A stretch of 64,000 nucleotides of DNA. It comes from an uncultured Acidobacteriota bacterium (GTDB lineage Bacteria; Acidobacteriota; Blastocatellia; Pyrinomonadales; Pyrinomonadaceae). The translations under genes were made by a program, and so were the position numbers. A model generated the notes under the pieces. The model saw only the letters and a program-made list of their open reading frames with translations. It ran no database searches and was not told where the DNA came from. Position 1 is the stretch's first letter, and each line of letters opens with the position of its first letter. Below are positions 1-10,867 of the stretch, one piece after another. Where the stretch lies: positions 96,771-160,770 of the forward strand of contig CAWKHZ010000009.1 of the NCBI GenBank assembly GCA_963849585.1. The letters run 5' to 3'.

Positions 1-254
1 CAGTTGCGATTGCCCCAGTAGATCGGCAGCGATGGTCCATTCGTGCGCAGTTCTTCCTTCAGTGCGGCGATGAGATTTCGATTCTGTTGATTGATCGGAC
101 TGACGCCGCCGAACATCTCATAATGCTGCGCCACACCGAGCAGCCGTTCGCGCGGCACATTGCGACCACGCACGACGTTTTCGAGGAATGGCATGACGTC
201 GTCCATTCCCTCAGGTCCACCAAACGACACCACTAGTAACGCATCGTAATTCAT
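1..254 (-). CDS. hemH: ferrochelatase, N-terminal part (gene continues beyond window start)
   Basis: Reverse-complement translation from ATG (254-252) reads [59 protein letters not shown], a typical actinobacterial-type ferrochelatase N-terminus. Its ATG overlaps the hemE stop (ATGA). Absent from the ORF track because it is open-ended. Confidence 0.8.
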   Translation of the reverse strand, partial: MNYDALLVVSFGGPEGMDDVMPFLENVVRGRNVPRERLLGVAQHYEMFGGVSPINQQNRNLIAALKEELRTNGPSLPIYWGNRN

Positions 255-1333
255 CTCAGGCTCATCTCGTGGACCATCTCAACCAACGCAATCACATTCT
301 CAACTGGTGTCTGCGGCAGAATTCCATGACCGAGATTAAATACGTGTCCCGGTCGGCCGCCGGCTTGTTCAAGAATTCGTTTCGCCTGCGATCGCAGCAC
401 ATCCTTCGAAGCGAACAGCGTAACCGGATCGAGGTTACCCATCACAGCTACATCGTGTCCGACTCGCTGCCAGGCTTCGTCGAGCCGCACACGCCAGTCG
501 AGTCCGATTACGTCGCCACCCGCTGCGCGCATCAACTCCAGCAGGGCCGCGGTCCCCGTACCAAAGTGAAGAACGGGAACGCCTGGCTTGACTGCTTCGA
601 TCACCGCCCGCGAATGCGGTAACACAAACTCGCGGTAATCATCAGGACCCAAACACCCAACCCACGAATCAAACAACTGCACCGCCTGCGCGCCTGCATC
701 AATCTGCGCGTTCAAATACTTTACTAACGCTCGCGCGATTAGCGACATCATCGCGTGCCACGCGCCCCTGTCGTCGTACATCAACCGTTTCGCATGAACG
801 TAGTTCTTCGACCCACCGCCCTCGATCATGTACGAAGCGAGCGTGAACGGCGCGCCTGAAAACCCAATCAACGGAAGATCCGGTTTCAACTCGCGACGCG
901 TCAAAGCAATCGCCTCGTAAACAAAACTCAGCGCACCTGCATCCTCGACTTCACGCAGTCGCTGCACATCGGTCGCGTTTCGTACCGGGTTGTGAATTAC
1001 CGGTCCTTCACCTTCCGCAAACTCCAGATCGATCCCCATCGGCTCGAGAATGAGCAGAATGTCCGCAAAAATGATCGCCGCATCCACTCCGAGTCGCTCG
1101 GCCGCCGTAACTGTTACTTCCGCGGCGAGTGATGGTGTCTTGCAAAGCTCCAAAAAAGTGGTTTTCGCGCGCACTTCCCGGTATTCGCGCATGTAGCGTC
1201 CGGCCTGCCGCATCAGCCAGATCGGCGTATGAGGCACGGCTTCGCGTCGGCACGCCCGCATGAAAGGACTGTCGTGTAGTTGTTGGGTCAAGAGGCCGAT
1301 TATACAACCGACTCTCGAAATCAAGAGCGCCAC
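251..1333 (-). CDS. hemE: uroporphyrinogen decarboxylase
   Basis: 360-aa ORF with URO-D signatures [19 protein letters not shown] and [17 protein letters not shown]. Confidence 0.95.
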   Translation of the reverse strand: MALLISRVGCIIGLLTQQLHDSPFMRACRREAVPHTPIWLMRQAGRYMREYREVRAKTTFLELCKTPSLAAEVTVTAAERLGVDAAIIFADILLILEPMGIDLEFAEGEGPVIHNPVRNATDVQRLREVEDAGALSFVYEAIALTRRELKPDLPLIGFSGAPFTLASYMIEGGGSKNYVHAKRLMYDDRGAWHAMMSLIARALVKYLNAQIDAGAQAVQLFDSWVGCLGPDDYREFVLPHSRAVIEAVKPGVPVLHFGTGTAALLELMRAAGGDVIGLDWRVRLDEAWQRVGHDVAVMGNLDPVTLFASKDVLRSQAKRILEQAGGRPGHVFNLGHGILPQTPVENVIALVEMVHEMSLR

Positions 1334-1351
1334 GCTGGCGGAGTGGTGAGG

Positions 1352-2131
1352 TTACTCGTCAGCCTTCTTTCGTCTTTTCTTCAAGACGCCGGTCATGAGT
1401 CCCAGGCCTGAGACCAGCAATGCGACTGTGGCCGGTTCGGGAACTTCATTTATCGCCCATGCACGGGTGCTGAGTCTGGCAAAGATCGTGTTTTCCACGC
1501 CGGCCTCAAGTCTAACTGTGCCCGACATTGGGTGTGACCCAGGTAAGTCAAGGAATCTGTTTGGTCCAACGGTAGGACTCAACAAGTCGATTTGGAAAGA
1601 GAACACGGGTGAGCCATTCACAAACAGGTCGAATACTACCTCCGATTCTCCGAATATCCCGAACTGGTCGAGTTCTACGTGTCTCAGGTGCTCCGCCAGC
1701 GCGGAAATGTTCACGTCAACCATACCTTCGGTGCCAACGATGACCAGCGTGCCTGTGAAGGTGCTTATTGAGAAAGAGGACGCTGAACAGGAACAACCAC
1801 TAACATTGGCCGACGTGGATCCGCTCAGGGAATTGGTGGTTGCATTTGTTGTCCCTACGGCGCTGGCAAAGGTCACAGTTGCGGTGGATTGAGCAATAGG
1901 AAACGCATTCGAGATGTTCTGGGTATTTTCACCGAGAGTGTTGTCAGCGCTGGTACGAGCGGTCGTGTTTGTTATTGTGAACTGAGCCGTTCCCGTCGCC
2001 GGAGTGAACTGGAAATTGCTCATACTGAGAGAACTGATCACCAGGGCGTCTGCATAAGTTGTTGACGCGGCCCCAAGAACCACCCCGAGCACGAGCACTC
2101 GAATAATAACTTTCAGCGAATTAACTCTCAT
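1352..2131 (-). CDS. PEP-CTERM sorting-domain secreted protein
   Basis: N-terminal signal peptide (MRVNSLKVIIRVLVLGVVLGAASTTYA) and a Thr/Ser-rich body. The C-terminus VPEPATVALLVSGLGLMTGVLKKRRKK has the PEP motif, a TM helix and a basic tail. Confidence 0.85.
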   Translation of the reverse strand: MRVNSLKVIIRVLVLGVVLGAASTTYADALVISSLSMSNFQFTPATGTAQFTITNTTARTSADNTLGENTQNISNAFPIAQSTATVTFASAVGTTNATTNSLSGSTSANVSGCSCSASSFSISTFTGTLVIVGTEGMVDVNISALAEHLRHVELDQFGIFGESEVVFDLFVNGSPVFSFQIDLLSPTVGPNRFLDLPGSHPMSGTVRLEAGVENTIFARLSTRAWAINEVPEPATVALLVSGLGLMTGVLKKRRKKADE

Positions 2132-2367
2132 TACAACTCCTCATTTTCTGGGCACGACAGTTGGCGCTGACGACAACTACTGTCGCAAGAGGGGGTGAAA
2201 CAGAGAAAACCATTAACAAACTGGGTAGGGGAAGCAAAGCTGGAGAGAGACTGGTGGGAGTTTAGGGTTTCGGGCTTTTTGGATCAAGTAGAAAAGCGAG
2301 CAAAATTCATGTAGTTTTCGTCACAGCCGCTGGGGGTTTTTGACAACATCGCTTTAACCACCTTCCG

Positions 2368-2393
2368 GGAACTTAATCTCGAACTTTCCGTCT
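2368..2393 (+). promoter_or_regulatory. candidate ECF-sigma-type promoter (GGAAC-N16-CGTCT)
   Basis: GGAAC (2368-2372), a 16-nt spacer, then CGTCTAA (2389-2395), about 210 nt upstream of the ECF sigma gene. ECF sigma operons are commonly autoregulated from GGAAC/CGT promoters. Motif match only. Confidence 0.35.
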
Positions 2394-2602
2394 AAGAGCT
2401 ACGTTCAACGCAACGTCGGGCCCCCGAACGACACATACTAACGATTACCGCTCCAACAGTTTCAAAAGTGGCTGTTTCATATTGGTGCAAAACGGGCTAA
2501 GGGTCTACAATAACACCGCCTAAACGCCGTAAAAGTGTCCGTACTGACAAAGATGTCACAAGTCAGTAACTTGCGGTGTTTGCACTGTTGAGAGAGCGGT
2601 GA

Positions 2603-3184
2603 TTGATGAACGGACAAGCTAGAGCTTTGATCGAGTCCATGCCTAACGACATCGAGACTCAAGCGGTTGCTCCGCTTAGTTTCGACGAAGCGTTTACCCT
2701 CCATCACCGCGCCGTTTTTAGAACGGCAAGGGCGGTCGTTCGTGACTCAGCCCTCGCCGAAGACGTGACGCAGGAAGTATTTCTAAGACTGTATCGCAAC
2801 CTCCATGCTACCCCGGGCGAGGATCTGCTCAGGGCGTGGCTACTGCGTGTGACACTCAATGTCGCGCGAAACACCTTGCGGGGACAGAGCCGCTCGATGG
2901 TTCGCGACAACGAGTATCACAAGACGGCGACGGCAGACGGCTCCGTCGCGGCTGAAGCACCGGCTGAAGACTACGAACGCCGCATGGCGATCGAAGAAGC
3001 ACGCCGGGCTTTGGAGAAAATCAAGGAGCCGATGAGAAGTTGCCTGTTGCTCAAACAGCAGGGACTCTCATATCGCGAGATCGCCACGAGTTTGCAGCTC
3101 AAGGAGACAAACATTGGCAGTCTGGTGGCTCGCGGCCGGAAGGAGTTTGCGAGGGTGTACGGTAAGATCGGAGGCAGACGATGA
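2603..3184 (+). CDS. ECF-family RNA polymerase sigma factor
   Basis: 193 aa. Sigma-70 region 2 (DVTQEVFLRLYRN) and region 4 HTH (LSYREIATSLQLKETNIGSLVARGRKEF). Confidence 0.9.
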   Translation: MMNGQARALIESMPNDIETQAVAPLSFDEAFTLHHRAVFRTARAVVRDSALAEDVTQEVFLRLYRNLHATPGEDLLRAWLLRVTLNVARNTLRGQSRSMVRDNEYHKTATADGSVAAEAPAEDYERRMAIEEARRALEKIKEPMRSCLLLKQQGLSYREIATSLQLKETNIGSLVARGRKEFARVYGKIGGRR

Positions 3185-4053
3185 CAAGGTGTTTGGACGA
3201 GGCAACGCTGCAAAGCTATTTCGACGGCGAGCTTTCCGCGAATTTGATGGAAAGAGCGTCGTCACATTTGGCTTCGTGCGTGACATGTGCCGCGGCGGCG
3301 CGAGAGCTGGCGGAAGAAACGGCCCTTTTGACGTCCGCGCTGGCAGTAGAATTTGAAGCGGGTGTTCCAACACAAGCGCTGCGTGAGCGCATTGACGCCG
3401 CCGTGCTCGGCGAGCGTGTCGCGAATGCCGGTCGTGTAGAAAAAGCCGGCTTGTTTGCCTCTCTTGCGAACGTCTTCAGTTTCAACTCTCAACGTAATCT
3501 GGGATATGCGAGTCTCGTTGTCGTGCTTGCGTTTGGTGCAATCATCGGCGTGGTGAAGTTCCGGCAGGGACAGGTACAGCCACCGACCACAGGTTCTCAG
3601 GTGAATGTAACTTCAACCCCAGTTCCACCACAGACGCCTGAAGTTGGATCTCGTGAGGGTCAACAACTCGCGTCGAACGTAGGTGAATCTGTGACTCCGC
3701 CCTCGCGTCCGGTGGTTAAGCCGAGCGTTGGACGTCGTCCTACTACTCCGAAAGCCAACACCGCTACTAACCACGTAGAACTCATCCCAGGCGAACGCTC
3801 TTACCTGCAAGCCATCGCGCGACTCGATTCGTCGATCAAGCAGAACAAGAACTCGATGCGACCCTCGTTGCAAGTCGAATACGAGCGCAACCTCGCGGTT
3901 GTCGATCGCGCTATCGCGGCCACGCGTAATGCGGCGAAGAGCAATCCAAGCGATCCCGATGCGGCCGATTTCATGTTTGCTGCCTATCAAAGCAAGGTCG
4001 ATCTTCTCAACACGATCGCCGATGCCCGTCTGAGTGGAGGTCGTTCTCACTGA
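3181..4053 (+). CDS. anti-sigma factor (zf-HC2 type, single-pass membrane)
   Basis: 4-nt overlap (ATGA) with the sigma gene. N-terminal zf-HC2-like motif HLASCVTCAAAARE and a central TM helix YASLVVVLAFGAIIGVV. Confidence 0.8.
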   Translation: MTRCLDEATLQSYFDGELSANLMERASSHLASCVTCAAAARELAEETALLTSALAVEFEAGVPTQALRERIDAAVLGERVANAGRVEKAGLFASLANVFSFNSQRNLGYASLVVVLAFGAIIGVVKFRQGQVQPPTTGSQVNVTSTPVPPQTPEVGSREGQQLASNVGESVTPPSRPVVKPSVGRRPTTPKANTATNHVELIPGERSYLQAIARLDSSIKQNKNSMRPSLQVEYERNLAVVDRAIAATRNAAKSNPSDPDAADFMFAAYQSKVDLLNTIADARLSGGRSH

Positions 4054-4075
4054 AAGGCCCGGGTCTAAGTTGACA

Positions 4076-5266
4076 ATGAAGTTGTTGGTAGTTTCGGCGG
4101 TAGCCGGCCTTATCTTCTCTCTCGCAGGTACGACATCCGCTCACAAAGCAAAAACAGAATCTCAACCACGTGAAAGTCCGGGCCAAAAGATCGAGAAGTC
4201 GATCGCCGTCAGCCCGGAACTGACCGTAACGCTCTGTGTGGCTTCGGGCACGTTGAGAGTACGCGGTTGGGACAAAAACGAGCTGCGCGTCAGATCCGCC
4301 GACGCCAGCCAAATCGAACTCCGAAGACTCGACAAAGCAAAAGATCTTTCCACTCCTGCATGGCGCATCGACGTCATGGTCGTCGATACGAGCTCCAGAA
4401 TTAATGCCCGACGTGATTGCCAGGCACTTGCCGACGTCGAGATGGAAGTACCTACGGGCGCGACTGTCCAGGTGCAGACGCGCGATGGCGACATCACGAT
4501 TACGGGTGTTTCAGCGGCTTATGCGGGTTCGCAAAACGGAAACATAACGATCGAGCGCGTGAGGAAGATCGTCGAGGCAGGCAGCGTCGGCGGCAGTATT
4601 TCGTTGAAAGACTCGAGTGGCCGCGTGAATTTGAGTTCCGCGGGTGGAATTGTCGTCGTGGCGAACGTCAAACCGTCCAATGATGAAGACACGATTGAAG
4701 TCGGAACGGTGAGTGGTGACATTCAACTGGATCGGGTCAGCAATCCCAGGGTGATGGCGAAGACCGTCAACGGCAATGTGACGATGAATGGTCCTTTGGC
4801 GCGTTCCGGTCATTATTCTTTCACTAACATGTCCGGCGACGTGATACTCGGGCTCCCGCACGATGCGTCGTTTCAGTTGAACGCAAAGGTGTCTGAAAAG
4901 CGCGACATCGTTTCAGATTTCGCATTGAAGTACGTCGAATCGCCGCCACCACCCCCGTCGCCAGCAACGATGCCGAAACCTGGAGCGGCGGCACCCGTGC
5001 CGAATCCAGGACCGGATTCAAAGCCTGCACCGGCGGCGAAAGCGGGAACTCCGACGAATACGACTCCACCCACAACGCCCAAACCTTCCGCGGCCAAAGG
5101 CCACCCACCACACAAGACGGGTCCAATCGTCCAGCCGGTCATTGTTGAGCGCCCGATCACGGTTCAGCCGTATACTTTGCGTCGTTTGACGGCCATCTGC
5201 GGTACTGGCGATGCAATGATCTCGGTCGCTTCCTTCGGCGGCACTGTTCGTTTGAAAAAGATCTAA
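4076..5266 (+). CDS. DUF4097-like beta-strand repeat (putative adhesin) protein with Pro-rich linker
   Basis: ORF 4034..5266. The ATG at 4076 gives signal peptide MKLLVVSAVAGLIFSLAGTTSA. Repeated G-D/N-I/V-T/S strand pattern (DGDITITG, NGNITIE, GGSISL, SGDIQL, NGNVTM, SGDVIL) and a Pro-rich stretch PPPPPSPATMPKPGAAAPVPNPGP. Start is uncertain (4034 GTG is the alternative). Confidence 0.7.
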   Translation: MKLLVVSAVAGLIFSLAGTTSAHKAKTESQPRESPGQKIEKSIAVSPELTVTLCVASGTLRVRGWDKNELRVRSADASQIELRRLDKAKDLSTPAWRIDVMVVDTSSRINARRDCQALADVEMEVPTGATVQVQTRDGDITITGVSAAYAGSQNGNITIERVRKIVEAGSVGGSISLKDSSGRVNLSSAGGIVVVANVKPSNDEDTIEVGTVSGDIQLDRVSNPRVMAKTVNGNVTMNGPLARSGHYSFTNMSGDVILGLPHDASFQLNAKVSEKRDIVSDFALKYVESPPPPPSPATMPKPGAAAPVPNPGPDSKPAPAAKAGTPTNTTPPTTPKPSAAKGHPPHKTGPIVQPVIVERPITVQPYTLRRLTAICGTGDAMISVASFGGTVRLKKI

Positions 5267-5282
5267 ATAGTGCTTTTTCTTA

Positions 5283-5330
5283 GTACTTTGTGCCTGGTTT
5301 TCAAGAGTCCGGGCCAAAGTACTGTTTTTA
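5283..5330 (+). terminator. candidate rho-independent terminator after the DUF4097 gene
   Basis: GTACTTTGTGCC (5283-5294) pairs with GGCCAAAGTAC (5312-5322): 11 bp with one bulge, followed by TGTTTTTA. Confidence 0.45.
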
Positions 5331-5499
5331 GGTAATTGCAAAGTACAAAGAACAAAATACAAAGACCGAAAATTTTTGTTGTCACAAGGTTCCGGTGTCT
5401 GGTGTTCTCAATACAGAGCAACGCAGAAGGGCCGAGGGTAGTTGGTCACGGTTTTACACAACTGACTGCTCTCGGCCTTAAACTAAGGGGTCCCAGGAA

Positions 5500-6138
5500 A
5501 TGAACAGCGTGGGTCAAAGCGGCGACCGGAAGTCCTACCGAGTTATTCTGCTATTAGTAGTCGGTCTGACAGCATTCTCCAGCGCCATGAAAGAGTTGAA
5601 TCTGTTGCGGGAGTTTAGTCGCGACACGAGCGATCTCGTTGCGAGCTGGTCGAAGGCCGTAATGCCGGAAGCACCGCAGGCGCCCGTAGCGCCGGAAGCG
5701 GTTGTTCCCGTTCCAGTCCCGCAGGTCGTTGAAGAAGTTGAAGTGTGTGACAATAGTCATTCGTTAAAAGAGACCGAACCGGTGGATCATCTTCAGTTGG
5801 GGGGCGGTGTTGCTCAAGCGGAAGTGAAGATCAAGGACGTGGGAAAAACTTTTGTCGCAGAGCGATCGAAGCGTCGTAACATACCGGCGGTGGCAACGTT
5901 GCGAAGCGATCGCTCTGTAGACATTGAGCTCATTGAGCTGCGGAATCAGGTACGTCGCGTTGCTGACCTCAAAGTCATGATCATGGCCGATAGTGACGGC
6001 GAGGCCCGAATAGCTATTCCTTCCAACTTAGAGTTCAAGGTGCCGAAGGCGAAAACCTACCGGCATGTTTTGAAACCGGAGGAACGCGAGATTTTGAAAA
6101 CTCTGAACCGTAGCTTTAATCTACGCAGCGCAGGCTGA
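5500..6138 (+). CDS. hypothetical membrane-anchored protein
   Basis: 212-aa ORF with N-terminal TM helix (YRVILLLVVGLTAFSSA). It sits between two DUF4097 genes on the same strand. No family recognised. Confidence 0.5.
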   Translation: MNSVGQSGDRKSYRVILLLVVGLTAFSSAMKELNLLREFSRDTSDLVASWSKAVMPEAPQAPVAPEAVVPVPVPQVVEEVEVCDNSHSLKETEPVDHLQLGGGVAQAEVKIKDVGKTFVAERSKRRNIPAVATLRSDRSVDIELIELRNQVRRVADLKVMIMADSDGEARIAIPSNLEFKVPKAKTYRHVLKPEEREILKTLNRSFNLRSAG

Positions 6139-6164
6139 CGACTTTCTGTAAGGAACCGAAAACG

Positions 6165-8111
6165 ATGTCCACGAAACGCCTCATCACACTAGTTATTCTC
6201 CTGCTCGCGTTGGTGAGCGCTGGAACGGGCCTGGTTGCAACTAAAGCCGCGACCGGTTTGTTTGGTCAGGATCGTCGCCCGGTTCCGTCCGTACCTTCGA
6301 CTGAGAATTGCACGGCCGTTCCAGCCGAACCCTCGCAGGAATTACGCGAAGAATTTCATCAAACTTATCCACTATCAGCGACTGGTCGAGTAAGTCTCGA
6401 AAATATTAACGGCGGAGTGCAGATCAAGGTTTGGGATCGAGCCGCACTCCAACTCGACGCGATCAAAAAAGCCTACCGAAAAGACCGTTTGGACGAAGCG
6501 AAGATTGACGTTACATCTACTGAAGAGAACATCAGAATCAAGACCGAGTATCCATCAGGTAACCAGACGTTCCGCAGTGGAGAAGGTCGCTACAACAATC
6601 CCGCCACCGTCGAATACATATTGACAGTTCCGCGCAAGGCCATGCTCGAAACGATCGAGCTCGTCAACGGGTCGCTTGATATCGACGGAGTCGAAGGCGA
6701 CGTCAAAGCGTCGTCAATCAACGGCAAGGTGGTCGCGCGAGGCCTGATGGGTGAGGCGAAACTCTCGACCATCAACGGTCAACTGCATGCGATCTTCGTT
6801 AAGCTCGATGACGCGAAGCCGATTTCGCTCAACTCCGTGAACGGCAGCGTTAACCTGATTATTCCGTCTGATGCGAATGCCGCGATCCGCGCGTCAACCG
6901 TGCATGGCGGCATCTCAAATGATTTTGGTTTGCAGGTGCGGCATGGTGACTATGTGGGCCATAACCTCGATGGTCAGATTGGAAACGGTGGTCCACGAAT
7001 CAAACTCGAGAACGTAAACGGGTCGATCAAGATCACCCACGCTCAGGATGGACGAGCGATTAGCCCGGCCACTTCCGTCGTTACCGATCGGCGTCAGTTC
7101 CGTCAGGAACTGAATGAGCTGGAGGCTGATGCCGCCGCGCAGCGCGTTGAACAAGCGAAAGCGGTTGCTGAAGCGGCACGCGTTAGTATCGAAACGTCAC
7201 GTATGACACGTGAAGCTCAGCTTGAAGCGCAACGCCGCGTGGATGCCGCGTTGCGTCAGGCGCTGCGCGACGTCGAACGCGCGCAAAGAGCAGTCGAACG
7301 GCAACAGCAGCTGCAGCTTCGCAACGACGTCAGGGTAATCAGGAAAGTCAAACCGGTGCATCCTGTCGGTCCGGCTCAAAGTGTCGGTAACAGCAGGCTT
7401 ACCGCGCAGGCACAGGAGACGAAGTCGTTTCAAGTTAGCGGCTCACCGCGTGTGAGCATCAACACATTTGACGGTGAAGTGATTGTGCGTGGTTGGGACA
7501 AATCCGAAGTTCAGTATAAAGCGACCTCGCGCGCAGAGAATGAAGAAGCGCTCAAGCAGCTCGATATCATTACCGAACAACACGGCGAGATGGTGAGCAT
7601 CACTGCGCGGAATGAACACCAGCGTCACGCAAGTGTTGCTTTTGAGGTATTCGTGCCGCGTCAAACGACCGTGCATGTGTCGTCTGGTGACGGCTCCGTT
7701 TCGCTCGATGGCGTTTCCGGAGAGATTACGCTTCGTTCCGGCGACGGTGCGATCGCAGTTTCAAACAGTGGCGGCTTGCTTCATGTCAACACCGGCGACG
7801 GCACAATTCAGATTTCGAAGTTTGATGGCCAGGTAGACGCTCGCACTGGCGATGGCGCGATTGCGCTCGACGGTATTTTCAAGGCCCTTTCAGCAAGAAC
7901 CGGTGACGGCGAGATTTCGCTAACCGTGCCGGCCGGCTCCAGCTTCACGATTGAAACCAACCTGCCCGATGAGATCAGCAATGAGGGCTTCACCGTGTCG
8001 GAAGATATCACCCGTTCCCCTCGTCTAAAGCGATGGAAGATTGGCAACGGCGGGCAGATCTTCGTTCTCCGCACAGGAGACGGAAAAATTCTTCTTCGTC
8101 CGCGTAACTAA
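6165..8111 (+). CDS. double DUF4097-like repeat protein with central coiled coil
   Basis: 648 aa with a signal/TM N-terminus. Two blocks of the GxVxV strand repeat (NGGVQI, NGSLDI, NGKVVA, NGSVNL, NGSIKI and GDGSVSL, GDGAIAV, GDGTIQI, GDGAIAL, GDGEISL, GDGKILL) are separated by an Ala/Gln/Arg-rich helical segment. Confidence 0.7.
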   Translation: MSTKRLITLVILLLALVSAGTGLVATKAATGLFGQDRRPVPSVPSTENCTAVPAEPSQELREEFHQTYPLSATGRVSLENINGGVQIKVWDRAALQLDAIKKAYRKDRLDEAKIDVTSTEENIRIKTEYPSGNQTFRSGEGRYNNPATVEYILTVPRKAMLETIELVNGSLDIDGVEGDVKASSINGKVVARGLMGEAKLSTINGQLHAIFVKLDDAKPISLNSVNGSVNLIIPSDANAAIRASTVHGGISNDFGLQVRHGDYVGHNLDGQIGNGGPRIKLENVNGSIKITHAQDGRAISPATSVVTDRRQFRQELNELEADAAAQRVEQAKAVAEAARVSIETSRMTREAQLEAQRRVDAALRQALRDVERAQRAVERQQQLQLRNDVRVIRKVKPVHPVGPAQSVGNSRLTAQAQETKSFQVSGSPRVSINTFDGEVIVRGWDKSEVQYKATSRAENEEALKQLDIITEQHGEMVSITARNEHQRHASVAFEVFVPRQTTVHVSSGDGSVSLDGVSGEITLRSGDGAIAVSNSGGLLHVNTGDGTIQISKFDGQVDARTGDGAIALDGIFKALSARTGDGEISLTVPAGSSFTIETNLPDEISNEGFTVSEDITRSPRLKRWKIGNGGQIFVLRTGDGKILLRPRN

Positions 8112-8168
8112 TTCTGAGTTCCAAATCACTCGGGAACACAGATCCCCCAAGTTTGTACGCTCGCGCTA

Positions 8169-10835
8169 ATGAAAATAGTTTCTTTCTGCGTGTGGTTCCT
8201 GATGGTCGTAGGCTGCGCCAGCGGCGTTAACGCGCAGACGACCGTAAAACCAAACGCAGTGGCCGCGTCTACTCCCGCACCAGCCGCGTCCGCAACTCCC
8301 GCTTCAAGTCCAGGTCCCGCGCCGTCCGCTGCCGCAAAGGGCAGTTTTGTCTTACCTCCCGAAAAATCGCAGCCGGTGGCAGTTCCAAAATTCGAAACGC
8401 CACCGGTCATCGATGGCAAGCTCAACGAAGAAATCTGGCAGAAGGCAGTGGTCTTAAAAGACTTCTACCAGATTCAACCAGGCGACAACACACCTCCTTC
8501 GAAACCAACTGAAGTATTACTCGGTTTCGATCCGAAGTTTCTTTACATCGCGTTCAAGGCCACTGACGAACCCGACAAGATCCGCTCCACAGTCGCCAAA
8601 CGCGACAATATTTTTCAGGACGATTACGTCGGTTTCTTTCTCGACACTTTCAACGACAAGCGAAAGGCATTTGAGGCTTTCTTTAATCCGGTTGGAATTC
8701 AGGCCGACGGTATTTTGACGGAAGGCAGCGGTGAAGATTTCAGTGTCGACTTGCTGATGGAGTCAAAAGGAACGATTCACGAGGCCGGATACATCGTCGA
8801 GATCGCGATCCCGTTCAAGTCGCTTCGTTTCGAAGCCGGCAAAGGCAAGCTCTGGGGCGCGCACTTTTTCCGTCGCATCAAACGTTTTGAAAACGAGCTT
8901 GATTCGTGGATGCCGTTTTCGCGCAGTATCGACAGCAACATGAGTCAGGCGGGACATCTGACCGGACTCGAAGGCATCTCGGTCGAACGGACCATCGAAC
9001 TGATTCCGAGTTTGACTGTCTCACAGAACACGCGGTTCGTTGGTTCTTTTCCGCCGATACCGGCGACTGGTGATCCGGGACGCCTCGTCCATGAACCTGT
9101 TGGACTTGATCCCGGATTAACGGCGAAGTTCATTCCGAGTTCCGCCGTCACCGTCGATCTCGCGATCAATCCTGACTTCGCGCAGGTTGAAGCGGATCAG
9201 CTCGTAGTGACCGCGAACCAGCGTTTTCCGATCTTCTTTTCAGAGAAACGACCATTCTTTCTCGAAGGAATTGAAATCTTCCGAACGCCGATCACTGCGG
9301 TCCATACGCGCTCGATCGTAGATCCCGATATAGCCGTGAAAACGACCGGCAAAATCGGACGCAATACATTCGGAATAATGGCGGCCAGTGACAATGGACC
9401 AGGGAACTTGAGCGCCGACGAGCGTGGCTCTTTAGTCTCCTGTATCGAACGGCGCGCGCTCAAGCCGAATGAAGTTTGTAACGCTGAACGGTTCGTCGAT
9501 AAGAATGCGTACATCGGTGTGCTCCGTCTGAAACGTGACGTCGGTAAGGAAAACTCGATCGGAATGATCGCGACGAGTTATAACTTCATCGAGAAACACA
9601 ATCAGACGTTCGGCTTGGACGGCCGTTTCCGTCTCGACAAACAAACGACGGTCGGCGTTCAGCTACTCGGCACTACGTCAAGAAACTTCTTCTTCGATCC
9701 CGACGACGGCGTCAACCGCTACCGGACCGGCAACGGTTTCGGCTACATCGGAAACTACAACGTCTCCGGTCGAAACTGGGGTTATGAGTTCTACGCCGAA
9801 GGATTCACGCAGGACTATCGCGCGGACGTTGGTTTCATTCAACGCACTAATTCAAATTTCAATTACGGGTTCATTCGCTACAACTCCGATCCGAATCCGA
9901 AGAAGAAGATCATCTCGTTCCACTATCACACGCTCGCGCACGTCCAGTACAACTGGCAGGCTCAGATGTACACCTGGGAAAAGGAGAGCCTGGTCGAGCT
10001 ACAGTTGCCGCGCAACAGTTGGGCGGGCATGTGGTGGGAACCGGGTTACGAGCGGTTGTTCGATCGCGAGTTCGGCGCCACGCGAGAAGCGAAGCCGTGC
10101 GATCCGGCTGGTCAGGATTTTCATCTACCTAAAGATCAACGACGTCCGGCGTGTACGTTCTTTGGACCAAGCAACGAACGCGCGTCAAGCAAGCAGCACC
10201 TCTCGTTCTATGCCGGGTCGAACCTAAGCAAGACGATTCAATTCAACGGGCAAGTTACACATCGCTGGGGACACATGGATCTCGACTTTGGCAGCGGCAG
10301 TAGCAAGTATCCGCGCGTCAGTCCATTTGCGCTCGACCTGGCGGCTCGGAAAGCCGCGGCGGAAGCGGCGGGACAGTGTGACCCGTTGGACGAGAATCGC
10401 CCGGCGGTTTGCACCGCATCAGCTCCACTCGATCCGGGACGCGGGAACCTGCTTCAGTTGAACGCGAACATCACTTATCAACCGACAAACGAGCTGCGTA
10501 CACAGTTCAGCCTCAACAGCCAGAAACTTAAGCGCTACGATACTGATCGCTACGCTTTCAAAGTGCACATCATGACGCTGCGAGGAACGTACCAGTTCAC
10601 GAAAGCGACGTTCGCCAGAGTGATCCTCGACTACAACACACTCAACTCACGCTTGCGTTCACAGGCTCTGTTTGGCTGGACGCCGAGTCCCGGCACCGCC
10701 TTCTACGCCGGTTACAACGACGATCTGAATTACGACAGTCCTCATCCATTTACGCGGAGCCTCGTGCCCGGCTTTCGCCGCAATTCGAGGACGATTTTTA
10801 TCAAAATGTCTTACCTGATCCGACGCGGCTTTTGA
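8169..10835 (+). CDS. outer-membrane protein, CBM9-like N-domain + DUF5916-like barrel
   Basis: 888 aa. Signal peptide, Ala/Pro-rich linker, N-terminal PPVIDGKLNEEIWQKA motif as in CBM9-like/DUF5916 proteins, and a C-terminal aromatic residue (…LIRRGF) typical of beta-barrel OMPs. Family call is from memory of this architecture. Confidence 0.65.
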   Translation: MKIVSFCVWFLMVVGCASGVNAQTTVKPNAVAASTPAPAASATPASSPGPAPSAAAKGSFVLPPEKSQPVAVPKFETPPVIDGKLNEEIWQKAVVLKDFYQIQPGDNTPPSKPTEVLLGFDPKFLYIAFKATDEPDKIRSTVAKRDNIFQDDYVGFFLDTFNDKRKAFEAFFNPVGIQADGILTEGSGEDFSVDLLMESKGTIHEAGYIVEIAIPFKSLRFEAGKGKLWGAHFFRRIKRFENELDSWMPFSRSIDSNMSQAGHLTGLEGISVERTIELIPSLTVSQNTRFVGSFPPIPATGDPGRLVHEPVGLDPGLTAKFIPSSAVTVDLAINPDFAQVEADQLVVTANQRFPIFFSEKRPFFLEGIEIFRTPITAVHTRSIVDPDIAVKTTGKIGRNTFGIMAASDNGPGNLSADERGSLVSCIERRALKPNEVCNAERFVDKNAYIGVLRLKRDVGKENSIGMIATSYNFIEKHNQTFGLDGRFRLDKQTTVGVQLLGTTSRNFFFDPDDGVNRYRTGNGFGYIGNYNVSGRNWGYEFYAEGFTQDYRADVGFIQRTNSNFNYGFIRYNSDPNPKKKIISFHYHTLAHVQYNWQAQMYTWEKESLVELQLPRNSWAGMWWEPGYERLFDREFGATREAKPCDPAGQDFHLPKDQRRPACTFFGPSNERASSKQHLSFYAGSNLSKTIQFNGQVTHRWGHMDLDFGSGSSKYPRVSPFALDLAARKAAAEAAGQCDPLDENRPAVCTASAPLDPGRGNLLQLNANITYQPTNELRTQFSLNSQKLKRYDTDRYAFKVHIMTLRGTYQFTKATFARVILDYNTLNSRLRSQALFGWTPSPGTAFYAGYNDDLNYDSPHPFTRSLVPGFRRNSRTIFIKMSYLIRRGF

Positions 10836-10867
10836 GCTCCAGATTAGAAATGTAAAGTAATGTAAAG